A stretch of DNA of 64,000 bases, taken from NCBI GenBank assembly GCA_963845535.1, contig CAWJSK010000012.1, positions 722,339 through 786,338 of the forward strand, in the 5' to 3' direction. A model generated the notes under the pieces. That model was not told the DNA's origin. It was given only the letters and a program-made list of their open reading frames with translations, and ran no database searches. The translations under genes were made by a program, and so were the position numbers. The DNA comes from an uncultured Spirochaetota bacterium (GTDB taxonomy: Bacteria > Spirochaetota > Spirochaetia > SZUA-6 > Fen-1364). Shown here one piece after another: positions 8,267 to 16,781 of the stretch. Numbering within the stretch: position 1 is the first letter of the stretch; each line of letters opens with the position of its first letter.

Positions 8267-9302
8267 TCACGGTCCCGCCGCCGGGCCGCGCGTGCGCCTC
8301 CACCTGCCCGCCGCTCTGATGGACAATCCCGAAGACGGTTGCAAGCTCGAGGCCTGCGCCCACGACACCCGCGCGGCTCGCGAAATACGGCTCGAACGCG
8401 CGTGAGCACGCAGCGGGGCTCATCCCGCACCCCGTGTCGCTGACTGACAGCACCACCCTCTCGGCCGACGTGCTCGCCTCCACGTCGAGAGAACCGCCCG
8501 AAGGCATGGCTTCCCGGGCGTTCAGAGCCATTGCAAGGATCGCCTCTTCCAGATGCGCGGGATCAGCAGAGACGTACGCCGCGCTCGGGTCCAGCCGCAG
8601 CGCGACTCTTGTACCGCGGCCCATGAGGTCCTGAAGCCGGCCCCGCATCCCCTCCACCAGAGCGTTCAGGTCGACGCGTTTCATGACCCGCTGCCGGCGC
8701 CCGCTGAAGGTCAGCAGCTTATAGACGATCCGCGCGGCCCGCTCCGCCGCCTGATCGATTTCCCGCACGGCATGCCGGTCATCCGCGGCGAGCTGCCGCG
8801 ACTCCAGCAACTGCGCGTTCCCGATGATCGCGGTGAGCAGGTTGTTGAAGTCGTGGGCAACCCCGCCGGCCAGACGGGCCACTGCCTCCTGCGTCCGAGA
8901 TCGCTCCGCCAGCTCCGTCAGCTCTGCTTGCTCCGTGAGCCGCGTCGGCCGCGCGGCCGCCCGGTCCACGGATTCCCGAAGCGGGCTGACGGTGAGCTGA
9001 ACCGTTTGCGGTGCCTCCCACTCCGCGCGCGCCAGGCTCGCGTGAGAGTCGAACAGGACGCCGTCGAAACATCGCAGGCGCACTTCGAAGGCCTGGGGCC
9101 AGCCCTCGCGGGCGGCCTGGGCGCGCCAGGCCATCTCGAGCCGTGAATCACTCCCGTCGGGCTGGCGGGCGGGAAGGATCTGGTTCAGGAGAGCGCCGGC
9201 AGACGGATCAGCGCTTCGAAAGAGCGCGGCAGCCGCAGGGTTGAACCTCACCGATCCCTGCGGACCGATAAGAACAATCGGCTGGAGCGCTGATTCGAAC
9301 AT
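8241..9302 (-). CDS. Cytoplasmic PAS-domain histidine kinase
   Basis: H-box VAHDFNNLLTAIIGNAQLL; ATPase boxes DTGCGMS and GAGLELATVFGIVHQSGG. No TM segment. First ATG is M30 of ORF 8241..9389. Confidence 0.85.
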   Translation of the reverse strand: MFESALQPIVLIGPQGSVRFNPAAAALFRSADPSAGALLNQILPARQPDGSDSRLEMAWRAQAAREGWPQAFEVRLRCFDGVLFDSHASLARAEWEAPQTVQLTVSPLRESVDRAAARPTRLTEQAELTELAERSRTQEAVARLAGGVAHDFNNLLTAIIGNAQLLESRQLAADDRHAVREIDQAAERAARIVYKLLTFSGRRQRVMKRVDLNALVEGMRGRLQDLMGRGTRVALRLDPSAAYVSADPAHLEEAILAMALNAREAMPSGGSLDVEASTSAERVVLSVSDTGCGMSPAACSRAFEPYFASRAGVVGAGLELATVFGIVHQSGGQVEAHARPGGGTVITISLPRA

Positions 9303-9452
9303 CGATCGATATTTCGCGCGCGGGCCTCTCCGTGCGCGTCCTGATGCGTCCGCATGACGAGCACTCCCCACCCGGTGCCCCAACCTCACCTGACCAGCTC
9401 CAGCTTCTTCACTTTGCCATCGCCGTTACTGTTCCCGCTGTGGCCGTTGCCG

Positions 9453-11593
9453 CTAGTTGCCATTGCCGTTCGCCCCGTGGCCGTTGCCGTTCCCTTCTAT
9501 CTGGACTTTCACGATGTGGGGCGTCGGCGCGCCGGGAAGGGCGACCCCGTTGTCACCGTCGGCCTTGATCTTGAATTGCGCGGTCATGCGCTGCAGCTCC
9601 TGCGCCATGCTGGAAAGCTGCTCGGTGGAGGAGGACATCTCTTCCGCTGATGATGCCGCCGACTGTGTCAGCTCGTTCACGCTCTCGACGGCCTTGGACA
9701 CCTGCTTCGAGTTCGCGCTCTGCTGTTCGGTGGCGGCTGAGATGCTCTGGCTCATCTCGCTGACGTTCTCCAGCGCCTTGGCCAGCTCCTTGATGGCGCC
9801 AACCTGCTGCTGCATGCTGTCGGTGAGCTCGGCAATCATGTCCTTCACCTTTTGAGAAGCGCCGCGGATCTGCTCCATGGCGCCCTGGGAGCCGTTGGCA
9901 ATCTCCACGCCCCTGGTCACGTTCTTTACGCTTTCCCTGATGAGCCCTTCTATCTCCTTGGTTGAAGAAGAGGACCGGTCCGCCAGCTTGCTCACCTCGT
10001 CTGCAACCACCGCGAACCCGCGACCGTGCTCCCCTGCCCTCGCCGCCTCGATGGAAGCGTTCAACGCCAGGAGGTTCGTCTGGTCGGCGATATCGGAGAT
10101 GACGTTTATGATCCCGCCGATCTTCTCGGAGCTTTCGGCGATCAGCGTGATCCCCCGCACCACTTCCGTGACGGCCCGCGCCCCTTCCTGTGCATTCTCC
10201 ACGGACTTCGCCGCAAGCCCCGAGATCTCGGTGAGACTGTGTGAGATGTCGTCAATGGACTTCTGCACCTGCGCCATGGAGCTTGCTCCCTGCTCCACCG
10301 CCGCCGCCTGCGACTGTGCGTTCTCACTGACCTGGTCAACGGAGGCGGACAGCTCTTCCACGGAAGCTGATGTCTCCTCGAGCGTCGAGGCCTGGCTCTG
10401 CGCCCCTTCGGCAAGGGACATGGAGCTGGCGGAGATCTCCTCGCTGGAGGCTGCCACTTGCTCTGCGCTTTCCTGGATGGTGGCAACCATGCCTCTCAGT
10501 CTCACCGACATGGAGTTGAGCGCATCGGCGAGCTTCCCCACTTCGTCGCGCTGATGGATGGGGAGCTGTTGAGTGAAATCCCCCCCGGCTACAAGCTGCG
10601 CGAACTCGACCCCGCGGCGTATGGGGATTCGTGATGCCGCGCGAAAACAGCAGGAAGACAAGGAAAGCGAGAATGACCGCCGCCAAACCCGACGAGCATG
10701 ACGAGGTTTCGCACCTCGTAGATCGTTCCGAGGTACTCGGCGTCCGGAAGCGTAAAGCCGACGCTCCATCCCGTGGAAGCCACGGGCGCGTACCCTGCGG
10801 TCTTCGCCACTCCCTGGAACACGTAGTGATCGACCCCGGCTTCTCCGTTGACCATCTTGGCGGCAAAGCCTTCCGAGCCTTTCTGTTCGAGCAGGTTCAT
10901 CTTGAGGATATTCTCCGCGTTCGGATGCGCGATGATGATGCCGGAACGGTCAACCACATAGGCATACCCGGTCTTTCCGATCGTCTCCTTGACGATCATG
11001 TCGTTCAGGAAGCCGATGTCCACGATCAACGTGGCCACGCCGACGACCCGATCCCCATCCTTCACGGGCATGGCCACGGGAGACACAGGTTTGCCGGAAA
11101 CCTTGCTTTGTACCACCATTCCAATGCTGGGTTTTCCTGCCAGCCCGTCTTTCACGTACTGCCTCTCGCGCAGATCGAGCCCGACGTCGCTGTTGTCGGA
11201 GCTGGTGATGACCAATCCGCTCGAGCCGACGAGGGTGACCCTTTCATAGGCCCCGCCCAACTGCGGGTTGTCGTGGAACGTCGAAAGCTTGCGAAAAGCC
11301 GCCGCGAGCTCCTTCTGTGACTTTGCCGCGCCTTTGTCTGCTTCTGCCGCGGCCGCCGCCACGATGGTCGGGTCAGTTGCAAGGCTCAGGGCAATGCGGC
11401 TTTCCTCGGCGAAGACCCTGTCGACCACCTGGGCGGTATCCTTGGCCCGTGCTCCAAGCTGTTCACGTTCGATTGCCGTGAGCCCTGTCGTGGAACGGGC
11501 GACGCTGAAGAACGCCACGATCAGCAGAGGGATGATCATGATGATCGTTCCGACCGTAATGAGCTTGGCCCCGATTCGAATGTTCTTTAGCAT
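9453..11593 (-). pseudogene. Methyl-accepting chemotaxis protein (dCache sensor + HAMP + MCP signalling domain), interrupted by two frame changes around TM2
   Basis: ORF 10589..11611 encodes TM1 plus the Cache domain. TM2 ([16 protein letters not shown]) is readable only in the third frame (ORF 10336..10866). HAMP and the signalling domain ([28 protein letters not shown]) are in ORF 9453..10769. RBS AGGAGG precedes ATG 11593. Confidence 0.85.
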
Positions 11594-11635
11594 CTGTTGC
11601 CTCCTAGCCACGCCTGCTCGCGGCTAAGGACAGAA

Positions 11636-11651
11636 TGCAAGTGGCAGGCCA
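11636..11651 (-). promoter_or_regulatory. Sigma54 -24/-12 promoter upstream of the chemoreceptor gene
   Basis: The minus strand reads TGGCCT-gccac-TTGCA with the invariant GG and GC at GG-N10-GC spacing, about 43 nt upstream of ATG 11593. The activator gene lies immediately upstream. Confidence 0.65.
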
Positions 11652-11810
11652 AACAGGGGTTCAGCCAACAAGAATTATCAGAACTCCTAATTGTTTTTTC
11701 ACAAAGAGAATAGAGCGTGCACTTCAAAGAGGCGCGGCGCTGTTGCTTTGGAAGCCAACGCTGTTCGGTGTTGTAGAACTATGACACCGTTGCAAAAAGA
11801 CTACGCTTTT

Positions 11811-13214
11811 TCAATCCGGGGTTTCCCTGCTCAGGCCGTGCTTTTTCAGCTTTTCGTAAAGGTTCGGCCTGGGAATTTCGGATATCCGAGCCGCCTGTGA
11901 GATGTTTCCGCCCGCCTGCGCCAGAAGAGCTTTCAAATATTCGCGCTCGAAATCGTCCTTGGCGGCTGCAAACGGCTTGACCAGGCTGTCCGCCAGGGGG
12001 CCAGGGCTGGCGGGAAGGTCCCGCAGGTTGGCCGGCAGGTCCTTCGGGAGTAGCTCGGTCCCCTCGGTGACGGCCACGGCGCGCTCCACCACGTTCTCGA
12101 GCTCTCGGATGTTGCCGTCCCATCTGTAGCGAAGGAACGCGTTCATAACCTCAGAAGAAATCCCTTTCACGTCCTTCTGGAACTCCAGCGCGTAACGGCG
12201 AAGGAAGTGATACGCCAGGAGCGACACGTCTTCCGTGCGTTCTCGAAGCGGCGGCACGTGGACCGTGATGACGTTGATACGATAGTACAGGTCTTTGCGG
12301 AATCTGCCTTCCTGGACTTCCTGCTCCAATTCCCGGTTGGTGGATGCAATGACGCGCACGTCGTTCGCGATGTCCTCCGTGCCGCCCAGGCGCTGGAAAC
12401 TGTGCTCCTGCAGGACGCGGAGCAGCTTCACCTGCAGCTCCCCGGACATCTCGCTGATCTCATCGAGGAAGATCGTGCCGCCGTCCGCGGCTTCGAAATA
12501 GCCGATCTTGCGGCTGTCAGCGCCCGTGAACGCGCCGCGCTCGTAGCCGAACAGCTCGCTTTCAAGCAGGTTCACCGGGATCACCCCGCAGTTGATGCCG
12601 ACGAACCTTTTCCCGGCCCTCGGGCTCTTCTCGTGGATGGACCTGGCCAGGAGCTCCTTGCCCGTCCCGCTTTCCCCCTGCAGCAGCACGGTGCTTCGAA
12701 GCGGCGCCACCTTCTCCACGAGCTGGAAGATGTCGAGCATCTTCTTGCTCCTGGCAATGATGGCCCCGCCGCCGCCCGAAAGGGCAAGGGACTCCCGCAG
12801 CGCGTTGTATTCACGCTTGAGCCTGCGGTACTCGAGGATCCTCTTGATGATCAACCCGAAAGCTTCGAGCTGCAGGGGCTTCAGCATGTACTCCTCAGCC
12901 CCGAGCTTCATTGCCTCCACGGCGGTCTTCACCGCGCCGTAGGCCGTCAGGATGATGACGGATGCGCTCTCATCGATCTTCCTGATCTCCTGCAGCACGC
13001 TGAGCCCGTCCATCTCCGGCATCTTCAGGTCGAGCACGATCAGGTCGTAGCTTGTTTTCTGCGCGAGCGTTATGGCCGTTGACCCGCGGGTTGTGGCGTC
13101 GACGGCGCACCCCATGCGCTGGAGAAACATCGAAAGCACGTCGAGGATGGCTTTCTCATCATCGACGATGAGGACCCGGCAGACAAGCTCGGCTGCAGCG
13201 GGAGTGCCGCTCAT
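11811..13214 (-). CDS. Sigma54-dependent response regulator (NtrC family)
   Basis: REC domain (RVLIVDDEK, LIVLDLKMPEMDG). AAA+ domain (GESGTGKE, ESELFGYERGAFTGA). C-terminal HTH (AARISEIPRPNLYEKLKK). The true start is M214 of the 680-aa ORF. Confidence 0.9.
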   Translation of the reverse strand: MSGTPAAAELVCRVLIVDDEKAILDVLSMFLQRMGCAVDATTRGSTAITLAQKTSYDLIVLDLKMPEMDGLSVLQEIRKIDESASVIILTAYGAVKTAVEAMKLGAEEYMLKPLQLEAFGLIIKRILEYRRLKREYNALRESLALSGGGGAIIARSKKMLDIFQLVEKVAPLRSTVLLQGESGTGKELLARSIHEKSPRAGKRFVGINCGVIPVNLLESELFGYERGAFTGADSRKIGYFEAADGGTIFLDEISEMSGELQVKLLRVLQEHSFQRLGGTEDIANDVRVIASTNRELEQEVQEGRFRKDLYYRINVITVHVPPLRERTEDVSLLAYHFLRRYALEFQKDVKGISSEVMNAFLRYRWDGNIRELENVVERAVAVTEGTELLPKDLPANLRDLPASPGPLADSLVKPFAAAKDDFEREYLKALLAQAGGNISQAARISEIPRPNLYEKLKKHGLSRETPD

Positions 13215-13304
13215 TTCTTCCACAGTAATCCATCCTCGGCGCGCGCGCAAGAACTGCGCGGCGCCTTGCAATTCCCGCGCTGAATGGGCATCCTGGGCGG
13301 ACAC

Positions 13305-14201
13305 ATGACAGCCCTCGCGCCAACTACCGGGAACCAGAGAGGCAAGGCGCTTCTCGCCCTGACCGCGTGCGCGCTCCTCTGGAGCACCGGGGGCCTCCTC
13401 ATCAAAATCGTTGACTGGAACCCGTTCGCCATCGCCGGGACGCGCAGCCTGATTGGCGGCCTCCTCATCCTTGCCGTGATCCGGCGGCCCCGGTTCACGT
13501 GGTCTTTCGCGCAGGTCGCCGGCGCCGTCACGTACGCCGGCTGCATGGTGTGCTTTGTGGCCGCCAACAAGCTGACCACCGCGGCAAACGCCATCCTGCT
13601 CCAATACACCGCCCCTCTGTACGCCGCGATCCTTGGCTGGGTTTTCCTCCGGGAGAAGGCCACCGCCATAGACTGGGCCACCATCGTCGTGGTGCTGGGC
13701 GGAATGGTGCTGTTCTTCCTGGACAAGCTCGGGGCCGGGGGAATGGCAGGCAACCTGCTTGCCATCGTGAGCGGCGTGTTCTTCGCAGGGACCATGGTGG
13801 CGCTTCGCAAGCAGAAGGACGGCTCTCCGCTCGAGTCGCTCCTGCTGAGCCACGCCATCACGTTCGTCATCGCCATCCCCTTCCTTTGGGGGCCGGCCCC
13901 GAGCCTCCCCTCCGCGGCAGGGCTCGCCCTGCTCGGAGTGGTCCAGATCGGAATCCCTTCATTTCTTCTCATCTACGGAGTCAGGCGCGTGACGGCCCTT
14001 CAGACGATCCTGACCTCCGTGCTCGAGCCGATCTTCAATCCGATCTGGGTGTTCCTGTTCCTTGGAGAGAGGCCCGGACCTCGCGCGCTCCTGGGCGGCG
14101 CCATCATCCTGGTTGCCGTGACGGCGCGCTCGGTGGTCAGCCTTCGATTGGCGGTCCGGCCGGCTGGTGTCGGCTCACAAGCAGAACACCGGCAAGGATG
14201 A
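13305..14201 (+). CDS. EamA/DMT family transporter
   Basis: About ten hydrophobic helices in two EamA-like halves (LLWSTGGLLIK, LLQYTAPLYAAILG). Confidence 0.8.
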   Translation: MTALAPTTGNQRGKALLALTACALLWSTGGLLIKIVDWNPFAIAGTRSLIGGLLILAVIRRPRFTWSFAQVAGAVTYAGCMVCFVAANKLTTAANAILLQYTAPLYAAILGWVFLREKATAIDWATIVVVLGGMVLFFLDKLGAGGMAGNLLAIVSGVFFAGTMVALRKQKDGSPLESLLLSHAITFVIAIPFLWGPAPSLPSAAGLALLGVVQIGIPSFLLIYGVRRVTALQTILTSVLEPIFNPIWVFLFLGERPGPRALLGGAIILVAVTARSVVSLRLAVRPAGVGSQAEHRQG

Positions 14202-15071
14202 TCACCCCTCCCACCACCTGGATCCACACGATGCTCTCCCCCAGCAGCGCCACGCCGCCCAGCACCCCGACCACGGGGATGAGGTTCACGTACGGGCTGA
14301 CGGAGATGGGTCCTAGCCTTGAGAGCGCGTACACGTAGAGGAAGTTGGAGAGGGCTGAACAGAAGACAGCAAGGTACGCAAGGCTGAACCAGGCCGCCGC
14401 GGTGATGGTGACCCACTGCCCGCGTTCCAGGAGACAGAAAGGAATCAGGAAGATGGTCCCGAACAGGGACTGGTAGGCCGTGATGGCGATGTCGGACAGC
14501 CGCGTGTGCAGGTTCTTGCTCAGGATGATATAGGCCACCCATGCGGCACACGCGCCGAACATGAACAGGTCCCCCGCGGGAGAGAAAGCTCCGGCGTTTC
14601 CGGCCCCGGACGGCCCACCACGAACGCCACGCCTACCACGGAAAGGGCAATCCCGGCAACGACCATCCACGAGACGCGCGTGCGAAAGAAGATGGCTTCC
14701 GCGGCCACGGTGACCACCGGGATGACCGCGATGATGAGCGAAGCGTGGGAAGCAGAGGTGAGCTTGATCCCGCGGGACTCGAAGAAGAAATAGATTGTCA
14801 CGCCGCACAGCCCGCTCGCCAGGAGCGGCAGGATGTCTTTGCGGCGCAGGCGCGCGCTCGGGTCGAACTTTCGAAGAAAAACGTTGAGTATGACCGTGGC
14901 CGCGAGGAATCGGATAGTGACCATGGTCATGGGCGGGACGCCCGCGTTGAGGATGGTCTTGGAGGCCACGAACGAGAGGCCCCAGAAGATCACGGTCCCC
15001 CAGACTGCGAGCAGGGCGGGAGCGCGAGAGGGTGCTTGGATGGCGGCATGTGTGCGCATGGTTTTGTGCAA
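14137..15071 (-). pseudogene. EamA/DMT family transporter with one frame change near 14605-14622
   Basis: ORF 14520..15071 (N-terminal half, VIFWGLSFVASK) and ORF 14137..14808 (C-terminal half) join at VVGVAFVV / GPSGAGNAGAFSPAGDLFMFGAC across cggcccaccac. Confidence 0.75.
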
Positions 15072-15128
15072 CGCTACCAGAATGGATAAATCACCGCAAC
15101 ACTTCGAAGGGTAGGACCGTCATGAAGT

Positions 15129-16115
15129 CTACTGCTTACAAAGGGCGGTTGGAGCGTTTTTGTCGATAAACTCTTTATGTGCAGCGGGCAACGGAAAAAG
15201 GGCTTCCGGCTTATTGAGATCCAAGACCAACGTCCCGGCGCAGCATTTACGATTCTCGCGCCCCTCAGAATATAAATCGACCAAATGTTTCGGTTCAGTC
15301 CTCGGTATCATCTTCGCGCAATGTTCTGAAAGCTGAGTACATACGATGCGGAAGTTTTTCAGATTCTTGTGCAGTTCTTTGAATATGATTGGCAATGGAT
15401 GCTTCGCTCTACCCCTAGCAACGGAGAAGACAATAGTCGAAGGGCTCACGGCAGCGCAAAGCTTTCGAACAAACGATTCTATTGGTGTTCCCGTTCCACC
15501 GCCATGATGAGGGAAAACCAGCAAAGGGGCACTGGCGTCGGCACCGTCAGCGAGCAAGTCGTCGAGCCCAATCTCATCCAAATCGCCGGGCAAAAGAGCC
15601 AAAGGCTTTCCGTCCAGCAGAAGACGTACTACGACACTCAGAGAGTTGCTTCGTATTTTGCGCTTGAAGCGTTCCTTGCCGTTTACTCCCTTTCCAACGA
15701 GGTATTTGCTAGGCCCAAGGATCTGAACTTGAACGGAGCCCTGATTGTACTTACCAAAGTCGTCGCGTGCGATAGATGTTTCGAGAACTATTCTGCCTTT
15801 GAGAGATTCCTGATTAAGAACAAATAGCAGATCATCCCAAACCTCAGTTCCTTTGGAGGCATCGCCGTTGAGGCAAACTCGGGCTATATCAACAGTTTTT
15901 GCGGCCAATAGGGCCACAAGCCCTCCGATGTGATCTTTGTCCGCATGCGAAAGAAGTAATACATCTATTTGTTTGATTTCTTGGGTTTCGAGGAATTCTA
16001 ACAAGGCGCTTCCGGCTCCCGAATCGATTACTACAACACCCCCTGAGTCGCTCAGCACCGCGCTGTTACCGTGGCCGACGTCAAGTACCGCTAGACTCGG
16101 CCTTTTGTAATGCAT
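15129..16115 (-). CDS. Stand-alone ComEC/Rec2-type metallo-beta-lactamase fold hydrolase (candidate nuclease effector)
   Basis: LAVLDVGHGNSAVL, LLLSHADKDHIGG (15930-15947), NSLSVVVRL, LLPGDLDE, LVFPHHGGG and AKHPLP, in ComEC MBL-domain order. ATG 16115 lies 1 nt after the upstream TAA. Confidence 0.75.
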   Translation of the reverse strand: MHYKRPSLAVLDVGHGNSAVLSDSGGVVVIDSGAGSALLEFLETQEIKQIDVLLLSHADKDHIGGLVALLAAKTVDIARVCLNGDASKGTEVWDDLLFVLNQESLKGRIVLETSIARDDFGKYNQGSVQVQILGPSKYLVGKGVNGKERFKRKIRSNSLSVVVRLLLDGKPLALLPGDLDEIGLDDLLADGADASAPLLVFPHHGGGTGTPIESFVRKLCAAVSPSTIVFSVARGRAKHPLPIIFKELHKNLKNFRIVCTQLSEHCAKMIPRTEPKHLVDLYSEGRENRKCCAGTLVLDLNKPEALFPLPAAHKEFIDKNAPTALCKQ

Positions 16116-16116
16116 A

Positions 16117-16779
16117 TTACTGAACTTCCCATTCACATACATAGAGCTCGTCTGCACTATCCGCGCCAATGTTCACTTGCGCGTAGAAACGCATATCAGT
16201 TTCTATTTTGCCTGATAGCAATGGCGGCAAATCCGCAAAATAGATTCGGATCTTTTGATCGGCATTCCACCCCGGCACCACGATGTAGAAGTACTCCCCT
16301 GATTCATCCACTTGGGTTATGCGCACAAGAGTTCTCCAAGGCTTTCGACTCGGGTTGTATTTGCCCGCACTTTCTTTGAGACAACGTTCAAAACCTCTGA
16401 CAATAGTATCTGGATTGTATGTCGATGGTCTCAATAGTATTGGGATGAATCGACGCTTGCTTCGAAGGAGCGTTATGTCAGCATCATCGTAAGTTGTGCA
16501 AAGTAAAGCGGGAAAGCGCCCGATATTTGATAAGGCAACAAGTTGGTCACCATCAAAGGGCGAATAGCTCCTTATTCGCAGGTGATAATCGCAAATAATC
16601 GCATCAGCTTTCGCATGGATTTCCTTTAGAGATGATTCGAGATTCCGCAAGGGGCCAAGCTCGAATACCGGTGCTAGTCCCATATCTTCAATAGAGTAGC
16701 CATAGCTTTCCCGGGATTCTTTCTCGTCGTCTACAATAGCTACGCGCTCGATTTTTCGCCCTTCAATAGTCAGCGCCAT
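16117..16779 (-). CDS. Receiver (REC) domain protein with an unassigned ~80-aa C-terminal domain
   Basis: VAIVDDEK (acidic pair D17/D18), AIICDYHL (D64, codon 16588-16590), LLCTTY (T95/T96), and FIPILLRP where Arg replaces the usual Lys. The C-terminal beta-rich segment WRTLVRITQVDESGEYFYIVVPGW has no motif I recognise. Confidence 0.7.
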   Translation of the reverse strand: MALTIEGRKIERVAIVDDEKESRESYGYSIEDMGLAPVFELGPLRNLESSLKEIHAKADAIICDYHLRIRSYSPFDGDQLVALSNIGRFPALLCTTYDDADITLLRSKRRFIPILLRPSTYNPDTIVRGFERCLKESAGKYNPSRKPWRTLVRITQVDESGEYFYIVVPGWNADQKIRIYFADLPPLLSGKIETDMRFYAQVNIGADSADELYVCEWEVQ

Positions 16780-16781
16780 TT

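Noticed and set aside
9400-9500. Repeated GCCGTTGCC-type units that look like a short repeat array.
   Set aside because: They are the antisense of in-frame GNG codons in the chemoreceptor tail. There is no spacer-repeat structure, so this is not a CRISPR array.
11811-13853. A 680-aa ORF suggesting a much longer sigma54 regulator.
   Set aside because: The first 213 aa are Arg/Gly/His-rich and lie antisense to the EamA gene (13305-14201). The REC domain begins right after M214, so the start was moved to 13214.
15072-15128. A search of both island junctions (also 20137-20326) for att-like direct repeats, tRNA fragments or integrase remnants.
   Set aside because: None was found by eye, so the island is not called a mobile element.
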